A stretch of 64,000 nt of DNA from Dehalococcoidia bacterium (GCA_965197585.1 OZ240215.1:2848001-2912000), one strand, 5' to 3'; counted from the stretch's first letter, positions 20,157 through 28,536 are shown. The notes: generated by a model not told the origin, from the letters alone. Made by a program: numbers and translations.

Positions 20157-20360
20157 TTACGCATGCCTGGCCAGCGATTTGCTGTGACACATCAATATCC
20201 GATTTGTTTGAATGCCCCAAAGGCTTGCGTTCACCGACTGCTACTGCATTTTTTGGGGCCACTTTTTTGCAAAGCATAGAACCACATCGATTGGACTATA
20301 TGTCAGTCTTTCCTTAGAAATTGAGTCTAGCACGTAAGAATGACTCATCTCAATCATTCT

Positions 20361-20551
20361 CTATTGGTGAGGATGGTTTCTCCTCCTCACGAGAACCAAC
20401 TCCCTATCAGGGTCCTCGACGCCGAGGTTAGACACGGCACGGCGTCGGCTGTGGATGCCGGATCGCACCAGCGTCTCTTCGTCCTGGACCAGGCGGCTGC
20501 GGTCCTGGGGCAGGATCGGGCCCCAGAGGACTCGGGGGTGGGCGGGGCCGA
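20361..20551 (-). pseudogene. Displaced duplicate of the portal gene 3' end
   Basis: About 150 bp near-identical to 21510-21659 (GPAHPRVLWGPILPQDRSRLVQDEETLVRSGIHSRRRA.SNLGVEDPDREL) with a different tail. Confidence 0.9.
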
Positions 20552-20750
20552 CGATGAACGCTATCCCCATGACAACGCTGCGAGGTTGTTCGGGTTCCCC
20601 AACTAAACGGAATCCGTAGCTTGGCGGTCGGGGCAGGTGAGGTCACATCTTCTGGGAAGTCGTCCATGAACGGCACAACACGCGGCTGATCGTCCTACTT
20701 CGCCCATGGTTGGCGAGCGTCTCCAGTCACTAGCGCAGTTGGCGCCGTCC

Positions 20751-21185
20751 CTACGCTTCCTCGCCTAACATGTAGGCGCCTTCGTCCCAAACCTCCTGTC
20801 GCCCGCCTGGTGTCCAGTTTACGATAATCGCCGTCAGAGGCTCGCTGCTGGTTACCCGCATCGCGTGGGACATACTGGGAGGGCAATATGTCACCGTTCC
20901 AGCCTCTGCCGTAAAGGTCTCGTCTCCCCATTCACATTCGGCCGTTCCACTCATAATAATGTATATCTCCGGCCTCAGATGCGCGTGGGCGCCGTAGTAC
21001 GTCCCCGGGTCCAACTTGAACGCCGTCGCAGCGACGTCCATATCTGATATCCCTCCATCCCGGCCAATAAGCGGCTTCGCATACATCGCCTTCAACAACG
21101 ACTGGGGGTAGTTGCTGTACGAAGGCATTTGTTCAAGCTCATAGTCCTTGATGTAGTACTTTCCCTTTTTCTCTTTCGCCATCAT
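20751..21185 (-). CDS. Cupin-domain protein
   Basis: HAHLRPEIYIIMSG...PPSMSHAM cupin metal motifs. Confidence 0.85.
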   Translation of the reverse strand: MMAKEKKGKYYIKDYELEQMPSYSNYPQSLLKAMYAKPLIGRDGGISDMDVAATAFKLDPGTYYGAHAHLRPEIYIIMSGTAECEWGDETFTAEAGTVTYCPPSMSHAMRVTSSEPLTAIIVNWTPGGRQEVWDEGAYMLGEEA

Positions 21186-21466
21186 TGCACTCCTTTACGA
21201 TTGGTGCTGTCACTTCAGAAAAACTATCGGCCTCATGCCGTGGAATTAAGTGGCAAAAGGCTTCTCAGTTTTGCGAAATTCCCTCAAATCATCGTGTGTT
21301 TTTTGCGGGTCGCCGATAATTGTACGAAGCTCCTCAGCGCGCATGCGTACCTCCATGATTCAGTTTCTCCCGGTCCCCAACAATCGACAACTGAAGGCCG
21401 CCTTGCCAAATGAGCAAAAGTCATAACTCATTCACCAGTCCCATCTTAGCAGATGAGGAACAGAGA

Positions 21467-22792
21467 TTACGTCTCAGCGGTGTCAGTCTCCTCCCCCACC
21501 AGGGCCAGCTCCCTATCCGGGTCCTCGACGCCGAGGTTGGACATGGCACGGCGCCGGCTGTGGATGCCGGATCGCACCAGCGTCTCTTCGTCCTGGACCA
21601 AACGGCTGCGGTCCTGGGGCAGGATCGGGCCCCAGAGGACTCGGGGGTGGGCGGGGCCGAAGTCCAGGCCCTTGTGCTGCTCCAGCACCTTGAGAATCAT
21701 GCGCCCCCGCCTTTCGTAGACCGACGTTCGGATCAGCCTCTTGCGCCGGACTTTCTGGACCAGCGGGTTCAGTTCTATGTCCAGCGCCACGCCGGAAAGG
21801 CCACGGGCGTTGTCTCCGAAGCTGGGCCTCGGAGATTCCGAGAGGTCGTGGAGGGCGCGGTAGACCAGGTCTATGAACTCGGTGTGGAGCCGGACTCCGC
21901 CGCCCTGCAGCAGGTCCAACAGGTAGGCCCGAGAGCTTTCCGGGACCTCCCACACGGCCCCCGGCTGCACCGTTATGTCCTGCGCATCCTCGATGTTTTC
22001 GAGCACGGCTATCGGGTTGCCGGACAGCTCCAGGATCATGGAAAGCTGGGAGAAGGCTCGGTTCAGCTCCCGGGCGGGCTCCATGATGGCCGGAACGTCG
22101 GACACGCCCCAGAAGCGCTTCGGCTCACGGATGTTGGGGAACACGACGAATGGGATGAAGCCGTAGGGGTTGGGCCGACGCTGGCGCCGCGCATTGTCGA
22201 TCCATATCTCGAAGGAGTCAGCAGTCCAGACCTCGATGATGGTGGAGTCGGAGCGGCTGTTCCCGGCCGCCGAGGCCCGGGCCCCGACGCCGTAGATGAG
22301 GCTGACTTCGTCAGGGGAGAGCTTGTAGCGGCTGGCCACCCGCCAGACCCGGTTCACGTCGTCGCCGACCCACCAGACGAAGATGCCCTGGACGTCGGGT
22401 GCGGAGACACGGACGCGCTCCTCCTCGGCGTCCCAGGTAACCTTGTACACGCTGTCGCCCAGGACGGCGGCGTCAAGCTCGGTGTCGAAGTCGAGCTGCT
22501 GCAGGTCGTTGTCCCTATAGGCGGCGGCGAGGGCGTGGGTGGCTTCCTCGGCCTTGCGGGCCGACTCATCGGAGGCGTCGACCGGGTCTATGGAGAAACC
22601 GATGTCGGCCATGAGATATGAGGTGATCTTGTCGATGAAGGAGCGGGCGTAATTGAAGGTCAGGCGTCGCTCCTTTCGGCGGGTGCGGCCGGCCCACTGG
22701 GCGCCGCCGTAGAAGGCGAGGTTTTCGGAGTAGGCCCGGAAGCGGTCGGCGTCCAGGCGTTCGATTTGTTGGGGGAGTGTGAGGTTATTCAT
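21467..22792 (-). CDS. Phage portal protein (SPP1 gp6-like)
   Basis: 441 aa; FYGGAQW, LTFNYARSFIDK, NPYGFIPFVVFPN, WGVSDV, LSGVAL. Confidence 0.85.
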   Translation of the reverse strand: MNNLTLPQQIERLDADRFRAYSENLAFYGGAQWAGRTRRKERRLTFNYARSFIDKITSYLMADIGFSIDPVDASDESARKAEEATHALAAAYRDNDLQQLDFDTELDAAVLGDSVYKVTWDAEEERVRVSAPDVQGIFVWWVGDDVNRVWRVASRYKLSPDEVSLIYGVGARASAAGNSRSDSTIIEVWTADSFEIWIDNARRQRRPNPYGFIPFVVFPNIREPKRFWGVSDVPAIMEPARELNRAFSQLSMILELSGNPIAVLENIEDAQDITVQPGAVWEVPESSRAYLLDLLQGGGVRLHTEFIDLVYRALHDLSESPRPSFGDNARGLSGVALDIELNPLVQKVRRKRLIRTSVYERRGRMILKVLEQHKGLDFGPAHPRVLWGPILPQDRSRLVQDEETLVRSGIHSRRRAMSNLGVEDPDRELALVGEETDTAET

Positions 22793-23075
22793 GTTGGTCT
22801 CCTTTTGGTGGGGTCTTGATTGGCTGTTGTGTTGTGTGGTCTATACTCTCACCCTCACCCCAGCCCTCTCCCATCAAGGGAGAGGGGGTAAGACCACCCC
22901 CCACCCATGGATTCCCGTGTCGGGGCACGGGAATGACGGGGGGTTGGGGGAGTGTCAGGTTGTTCATGTTGGTTTCCTTTTGGTGGGGTTTTGATTGACT
23001 ATGGTGTTGTGTGGTCTATACTCTCACCCTCACCCCAGCCCTCTCCCATCAAGGGAGAGGGGGTAAGACCACCCC
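22769..23075. repeat. Tandem duplication of about 130 bp (22769-22899 / 22944-23075) carrying the portal RBS, start (MNNLTLPQ) and a family-A REP
   Basis: Direct alignment by eye. Confidence 0.9.
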
Positions 23076-23098
23076 TCCCGCTCGATACTTCGAGAGCC

Positions 23099-23497
23099 TC
23101 AGCATGAGCGGCCCCTCCGTAGGGATTTGGCATGGTTTTCTTTGAGGATGCGGTGGACCATGCTGCGGCTGAGGCCGAACCGATTAGCGAGGGCCACCAC
23201 CCCCAGCCCCTCCTCCCGCCTGACGGCCAGCAGGTCCCTGTTCCTCTTATCCTTGGCCTCGCGCCGGAGCCAGCCGGGATTGTCATGGCGGCAGCGGGGC
23301 AGTGGGCAGGCGAGACACTCGGGGGCGACTTCACATCCTTCGTCTCGGTAGTCGACGTGCTCAGGCATGGGGTCATCCGGGGATTCGGGATCGGGGTCCG
23401 GTTCAAGGTACAGGTCATCCAGGACCGGGTCGTAGCAGGCCAGTTCCAGTTCTTCAACAATAAGGTTGTCGTGGGCCAGTTCTTTGTAGTACGGCAT
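23099..23497 (-). CDS. Cys-rich HTH DNA-binding protein (putative regulator of the virion module)
   Basis: DEGCEVAPECLACPLPRC (4 Cys) followed by HTH GVVALANRFGLSRSMVHRIL. Confidence 0.7.
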   Translation of the reverse strand: MPYYKELAHDNLIVEELELACYDPVLDDLYLEPDPDPESPDDPMPEHVDYRDEGCEVAPECLACPLPRCRHDNPGWLRREAKDKRNRDLLAVRREEGLGVVALANRFGLSRSMVHRILKENHAKSLRRGRSC

Positions 23498-23620
23498 TTC
23501 GATGTTTGTCTCCGTTCAATTCGACGTGTACGGCTGTTCATTTGTTCCCTCCGCTCTGTCTTTGGGTCACCCTCACCCTAGCCCTCTCCCATCGAGGGAG
23601 AGGGGATATGACCCCCCACC

Positions 23621-23646
23621 AGATTCCTCGCGGGGCTTCGGAATGG
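23621..23646. repeat. REP-like family B (GTCATTCCGAGGCyCCGCGAGGAATCT, here reverse orientation), representative copy
   Basis: Other copies near 24041, 26581, 34744, 50574 (split by IS481), 52032, 52151; looser variants near 22910, 31266, 36583, 45190, 47098. Confidence 0.9.
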
Positions 23647-23949
23647 TAAGGGGGTTGGGGGAGTGAGGGAGATGACCAAGGTGGCGTATTGGCAGTGCGT
23701 GGTCCTGCCCCCGCTCGACCCTTCGATGCTCTCCGCCAAAGGCGGACTTACAGCATGGCGCACTTTCAGCTTGCTCAGGGTGAGCGGCCCCTCCCGGTGA
23801 TGGGTTCCCGTGTCGGGGCGCGGGACAGGCTCTAGTGCTTTCCCGTTGAGGGAGAGGGGACAGGGCACCCAGCCTCCGCCCCGGGGGAACCCTCACCCCC
23901 TTAATCCCCCTCTCCCTTAGGGCCATTAAGGGAGAGGGGGAGGGATGAA

Positions 23950-23991
23950 TAGGGGCATGCAGGTGCGCCAAAGCGCACCTGCATGCCCCTA
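23950..23991. repeat. Perfect 19-bp hairpin; covarying twin at 26511-26550
   Basis: taggggcatgcaggtgcgc-caaa-gcgcacctgcatgccccta versus agaggcatgcacctgcgc-caag-gcgcaggtgcatgcctct. Confidence 0.9.
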
Positions 23992-24273
23992 ATTCAGTAC
24001 CTGGGGAAGAGGAAAAGTGGTCAGTGAGCGGACAAGTCCCAGATTCCTCGCGGGGCTTCGGAATGGCAGGGGGGTTGGGGGAGTGAGGGGGATGACCAAG
24101 GTGGCGTATTGGCAGTGCGTGGTCCTCCCCCCGCTCATACCCTTCGACTAAGCTCAGGACATGCTTCGAGAGCCTCAGCACGAGCGGCCCCTCCCCCTTG
24201 GGGATCACCCTCACCCTAGCCCTCTCCCCTCAAGGGAGAGGGGATCCGACCCCGCCAGATTCCTCGGGGGGGC

Positions 24274-25662
24274 TTATTCATAGCCTTTTCTGAGGCGGCC
24301 GGAGGCGCGGCGGGGGATGTAGTGGGAGGCGTGGACTAGGAGGGCTAGGCTGGTGAGGAAGTCGTCGTGGCCCTGGGAGGGTTCGACGAAGAAGTTGATG
24401 GTCTGGTTGGGTCTTACTGTGCTCCTTGCTTTGGAGATTTGGGACCAGAATTCCGTGGAATCGGGGGAGCCGTCCGGCTTGTAGGTGTGGAGCCTGCCGG
24501 AGTTGATGGCGGCGAGGAGGTCGAATCCGAGATCCGACTTGCTGCGGGCGGTGAAGGTGAAGGGTTTGACGATGGAAGGTCCTATGGTCTTACGCAGGAA
24601 GGCGGCGACGCCTGCACCTACACCGGTGGCGTCGACGACTACTCTGCGGCATGCCCACACGTTTTTGAGGAGGTGAACCAAAGTCGAGAAGGTCTCTGTG
24701 TGGGGCTTACCTTTCCACCAGAAGTGCTCGACTACACTAAGGGTGGGGAGTTTAGACCCGAAGCCGTCGTCGAGGTAGCGGAGTTCTCCGATGGTGACGA
24801 CGGTGGAGTCTCTCAAGGGCTCGGAGGCCCTTATCCCGCGGTTGGCGGGGTCTTCCGATTCGCCGGCAAGGTCAATGCCGGCCACGTAGGTGCGCCCTAC
24901 GAGGGGCGCGTTCTTGCGGCTGTGGTTGCCCTGGAGGAGGGCCTGCCGGGTATTGTCCAGGAACCTTCCATCGTCGGAAACGGGGGTGAGGCAGTACTGG
25001 GAGAGGAAGAGGGGGTGATCGCCGCCGAGGCGTTGTTGTTCGGCCTCGACAAAGCGCTGGTAGTGAGGGTTGTGTTGGGCTACGGCCTGCCAGTCGAACT
25101 CGAAGTGGCGCTGGATACCGTCGGCGCGCTGGAGCTCAAGGTTGGACTGCTTGACCTGCTGGAGGAGGTCGTGGTCGTCCCAGGCGGTGCCGTAGTGGAT
25201 GGTGGTGACGTTGGAGGAAGCGCCCATAGGGACGAAATCCCGGTTGAATTTGTCGGGTGAGACGTCCTGGGACTCGTCGATTTCGAGAAGGAGGCTGGCG
25301 GTGTTGCCGACGACGTTGCCGGAGGGGTGGGCGCTGAGGAATAGCTGACGGGCGCGGCCGACGCTGAATAGGGAGGCGTGTTGGAATGCGTAGTGGATGC
25401 GTTTGCGTCGGAGGACGTTTTCGAGTCGGGATATGCTGATGCGGGCCTGGGGGTAGAAGGTGGGGGCGGCCTTTATGGCGGTTACGGCGGCGCGAGAATA
25501 GGCGGAGAGGAGGGCGGCTTCGATCCAAGCGGAAATCTCGTTCTTGCCGCCCTGGCGTGCGACCATGACGGAGAAGGAGAGGCCCTTGCGGTCCTGGACG
25601 CTATCGAAGACGGCCTCTGCTATTTGATACTGGTAGGGCCTGAGGGAGTGGATGGTTACCAG
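24274..25662 (-). CDS. Terminase large subunit (start uncertain; first ATG at 25566)
   Basis: LRPYQ adenine-binding motif, Walker A ARQGGKN, Walker B LLEIDE, nuclease YVAGIDLA...DST, VVVDATGVG, HDDFLTSLAL. Confidence 0.85.
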   Translation of the reverse strand: MVTIHSLRPYQYQIAEAVFDSVQDRKGLSFSVMVARQGGKNEISAWIEAALLSAYSRAAVTAIKAAPTFYPQARISISRLENVLRRKRIHYAFQHASLFSVGRARQLFLSAHPSGNVVGNTASLLLEIDESQDVSPDKFNRDFVPMGASSNVTTIHYGTAWDDHDLLQQVKQSNLELQRADGIQRHFEFDWQAVAQHNPHYQRFVEAEQQRLGGDHPLFLSQYCLTPVSDDGRFLDNTRQALLQGNHSRKNAPLVGRTYVAGIDLAGESEDPANRGIRASEPLRDSTVVTIGELRYLDDGFGSKLPTLSVVEHFWWKGKPHTETFSTLVHLLKNVWACRRVVVDATGVGAGVAAFLRKTIGPSIVKPFTFTARSKSDLGFDLLAAINSGRLHTYKPDGSPDSTEFWSQISKARSTVRPNQTINFFVEPSQGHDDFLTSLALLVHASHYIPRRASGRLRKGYE

Positions 25663-25874
25663 GGGGTGACTCCGGCGATGCCGAATACGAACTGGAGCAT
25701 GGCGGCGATCATGACGAAGAAGAAGAGGGTGTTGATGCGGCCCTTGAGCTCGGCGATCTGCTGGTGGAGCTCTGCGAGGCGCATTTCGAGTACGGCGTCG
25801 AAGGTGGACTCGGGCCGGATGGCGGGGGGCGCGGGGGTGTGAGGTTTGCGGCGGAATATGTTCATGATGTCCAT
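25656..25874 (-). CDS. Small coiled-coil plus C-terminal TM protein (possible holin-like or membrane anchor)
   Basis: 72 aa; RLAELHQQIAELKGRIN then LFFFVMIAAMLQFVFGI; TAATG coupling to the upstream gene. Confidence 0.6.
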   Translation of the reverse strand: MDIMNIFRRKPHTPAPPAIRPESTFDAVLEMRLAELHQQIAELKGRINTLFFFVMIAAMLQFVFGIAGVTPW

Positions 25875-26278
25875 TAGCAGTTGGTGTCCCAGGGGATTAT
25901 CTTGAGGCCGAACTTTTCGGAGGCGTCTTTGAGCATTTCCTCGATGCCGTCCTCGCCGGGGGTGTAGGAGCCGGGATAGATGCGGGCTTTGGCGGCGAGG
26001 GCGCGAATGAGGAGATCGAGGGTCTTGGTCAATTGGGCGTCCCTGTTGTGGACCTTCTTGGCTTTGATGAACTTTCTGAGACGGCTGCGGAGCATGGCTA
26101 TCTCTACGTCCAGGCCAGGGGCGCTTCGGGATTCGAAGGTCATTTCGCCCAGGTTTCCGGGGGTCTCGTCGGGGTGGGGGGAGTCTCCCGGGGCACCAGG
26201 CTCCTGGGCCTGGTCACCCCGGGGCTCCTTTGACTCGGGCTCCGGGAGATGGGAGGGTTTGCGGGTCTTCTTGGTCAT
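25874..26278 (-). CDS. Hypothetical protein, putative terminase small subunit
   Basis: First gene of the operon, upstream of TerL; helical GLDVEIAMLRSRLR segment; call is positional. Confidence 0.5.
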   Translation of the reverse strand: MTKKTRKPSHLPEPESKEPRGDQAQEPGAPGDSPHPDETPGNLGEMTFESRSAPGLDVEIAMLRSRLRKFIKAKKVHNRDAQLTKTLDLLIRALAAKARIYPGSYTPGEDGIEEMLKDASEKFGLKIIPWDTNC

Positions 26279-26361
26279 TTCGGCAGTCCTTTCGATCTTT
26301 TCGGCAATTCAGTTTGTTTCGGCAGGTGGTCCGGCCCTTGTGCGGGCCCGAGTCGGGGCGT

Positions 26362-26409
26362 AATATAGAATATGTGTGCTAGTTTAGTCAATAGGTCCGT
26401 GTCACTTTT
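26362..26409 (-). promoter_or_regulatory. Terminase-operon promoter: AAAAGTGACA-N8-TTGACT-N18-TATATT with a LexA-like box
   Basis: -35 at 26386-26391, -10 at 26362-26367, AGAATATGTGTGCT at 26367-26380. Confidence 0.75.
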
Positions 26410-26907
26410 TTGGGGGGGCTCGCAAACCGGGCTTGCGGGAGAAGGGGAACCCTCACCCCCTTGGTCCCCCTCTCCCTTAGGGCCTGTAAGGGAGAGGGGG
26501 AGAAAAAAACAGAGGCATGCACCTGCGCCAAGGCGCAGGTGCATGCCTCTAGTTTGGTACTGGGGGGGAGGCCCCACCCCAGATTCCTCGCGGGGCCTCG
26601 GAATGACAGAGTAAAGGGAGTTGGTTAGGGGAGAGGGGACGCGACGAAATGGCTGTGGTGGGCCGCTCCCGCTCGACCCTTCGACGGCGCTCAGGGTGAG
26701 CGGCCCCACCCACCGATGGATTCCCGAACGGGGTCGGGATCGATCCGCCTTAGGCGGACAGGCTCCCATCGGGGAGAAGGGGGGAGCGATCATTTTATAC
26801 GGGGTTTTAGAAGAAGAAGTAAGAACAGAGCATTACATTATGTAGATCATGCGATCTTTTTTATGGTAGGATCGGATCGAGCCTAACTGAACGCTTGATC
26901 TAATCCG

Positions 26908-27762
26908 GTGTGTGCCTTGGAGCCGTTCTGGCAGTCCGCCGACAACCTGTCCCGCCTGTACCTGGGCAACGCCTTCGAGGTGATGTCGTCGATACCGGAC
27001 GACTCCGTCGACTGCGTGTGGACGGACCCGCCGTACTTCCTTTCGAATGATGGGATAACGTGTGTGGCGGGGAGGATGGTGAAGGTGAACAAGGGGGAGT
27101 GGGACCGGAGCAGGGGGCTGGAGAGCGATCACGATTTCACCCGGCAGTGGCTGGAGGAATGTTACCGCATCCTGAAACCGGCGGGGACGATATGGGTGAC
27201 GGGGACTTTACACGTATACCTGAGTGTCGGGATGGCGATGCTGGAGCTTGGGTACCGGATACTGAACGATGTCCAATGGGAGAAGCCGAACCCGCCCCCG
27301 AACCTGGGGCGTCGATGCTTTACACATTCCACGGAAACGTTGTTGTGGGCAACCAAGGCCAAGAAGGGGAGCAAGCACCGGCACACGTTCAACTATGACG
27401 TTATGCGGGAGGAGAACGGCGGGCGTCAGATGAAGACGGTTTGGACGATGCCTCCGCCGGGCCGGGACGAAAAGAGGTTTGGCAAGCACCCGACGCAAAA
27501 GCCCCTGGCGCTGATACGGCGGTGCCTGAGGGCGTCCACCAACGAGGACGACATAGTTTTCGACCCATTCGTCGGCTCGGGAAGCACGGGGGTGGCGGCG
27601 TTGGGACTTGGGCGGAGGTTCTGGGGGGCGGAGTACCTAAAGGAATTTGCGGACCTGTCATATGCCCGGCTCACACCGGCGGACAGTTCAAGGAGTGGCG
27701 GGACTAGGGTTGACAGCGTCCATTGTCCGTCGATAGATTCCCGGACTGACAAACTCAACTAA
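26908..27762 (+). CDS. Beta-class amino DNA methyltransferase, DpnA/M2.DpnII-like
   Basis: DPPYFLSNDGITC..GRMVKVNKGEWD, WEKPNPPPNL, EKRFGKHPTQKP, DPFVGSG. Confidence 0.9.
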   Translation: MCALEPFWQSADNLSRLYLGNAFEVMSSIPDDSVDCVWTDPPYFLSNDGITCVAGRMVKVNKGEWDRSRGLESDHDFTRQWLEECYRILKPAGTIWVTGTLHVYLSVGMAMLELGYRILNDVQWEKPNPPPNLGRRCFTHSTETLLWATKAKKGSKHRHTFNYDVMREENGGRQMKTVWTMPPPGRDEKRFGKHPTQKPLALIRRCLRASTNEDDIVFDPFVGSGSTGVAALGLGRRFWGAEYLKEFADLSYARLTPADSSRSGGTRVDSVHCPSIDSRTDKLN

Positions 27763-28536
27763 TCCTCGATTGCGCAGCACTTGAAGCTGCTGACGGAGCT
27801 TCTCGGGGACGAAACGATTCTTTGGGTACTTCCTAGCGGCCTGTGGCCCACAAACCTGCATCAACTGGTCCATCTGGAATCCGTCTTTCGGCATTTCCAA
27901 GACTCCTTCCAGGGTGAGTTTTCGCCAACCAGTAAACCCCTTCAGGAAAGCTTCTTTGTCGGATATCGAGAATGTGGGCTTAGACGTGGGAAGGGCATCG
28001 TCATCAGGCTTTGGATGAGGGGCGACGGTTACCTTGATTGATTCCAGATGGCGATACATGCCCAGGAGCTCTTTAAGGCCAACCTCGTCGACTTCATCCT
28101 TTGTGTCGAACCCGTTCAGCAGGGACTTTGCCAATGTACTAACAGTCACGCTATCGGTAATGCCCAGGCCACATTCAAAGTTTCGCCACATGCCGGCGCG
28201 GGTGGCGTTGGCAGAAGTCACCAAAGCAACCGAAGAGTCGAAAACGTATATCTTGGCGTGAAGTCCGTGAAGACTACGAATGCTCACCCCGTCCTTGCTG
28301 AGGGAGCAAAGGGTATCGAGGCTCGATGCTCCCACGGCAAAGTTGCGGAGGTCCGTGCGGGTGACCAGGGTGCGGGATGCCCCTTTAGGAACCAAGTCGG
28401 TCAATTGCAGGATGCCGTCGTTAACGAAAGGGCTGCCGATTAGCAGGCGAGAGTTGCAGGCTCGGGCCTGTTCTGCCAGCCAGTCGAAGGTTGGGGTGGT
28501 TATGATTTGCACGTTGAGATGCCCTTTCAAGGGCAT
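27688..28536 (-). CDS. PLD-family nuclease fused to a DpnI-type C-terminal winged-helix domain
   Basis: LHAKIYVFD..TSANAT (HxK); C-terminal YPKNRFVPEKLRQQLQVLRNRGLVEFVSPGIY. Confidence 0.8.
   Translation of the reverse strand: MPLKGHLNVQIITTPTFDWLAEQARACNSRLLIGSPFVNDGILQLTDLVPKGASRTLVTRTDLRNFAVGASSLDTLCSLSKDGVSIRSLHGLHAKIYVFDSSVALVTSANATRAGMWRNFECGLGITDSVTVSTLAKSLLNGFDTKDEVDEVGLKELLGMYRHLESIKVTVAPHPKPDDDALPTSKPTFSISDKEAFLKGFTGWRKLTLEGVLEMPKDGFQMDQLMQVCGPQAARKYPKNRFVPEKLRQQLQVLRNRGLVEFVSPGIYRRTMDAVNPSPATP

Noticed and set aside
20361-21659. Diversity-generating retroelement TR/VR pair at the portal 3' end
   Set aside because: Differences between copies are not adenine-specific and no reverse transcriptase is present in the window.
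21410-22621. Long antisense or alternate-frame ORFs (e.g. 508-1644, 21410-22621, 34920-36077, 49508-50599, 52304-53554, 57537-58673)
   Set aside because: Shadows of GC-rich real genes with no recognisable motifs.
23573-24214. ORFs 23573-24214, 26275-26793 and 17746-17955
   Set aside because: They are translations of REP clusters (PLSLDGRG, LSLSK-type peptides) and are unlikely to be proteins.
22769-24270. CRISPR array
   Set aside because: Repeats are mixed palindromic REP families with irregular spacing and duplicated spacers; no cas genes.
13009-26278. Intact temperate prophage
   Set aside because: No integrase, att sites, repressor, replication, tape-measure or endolysin genes seen; host genes and REPs interrupt the cluster. 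A decayed prophage or satellite cannot be fully excluded.
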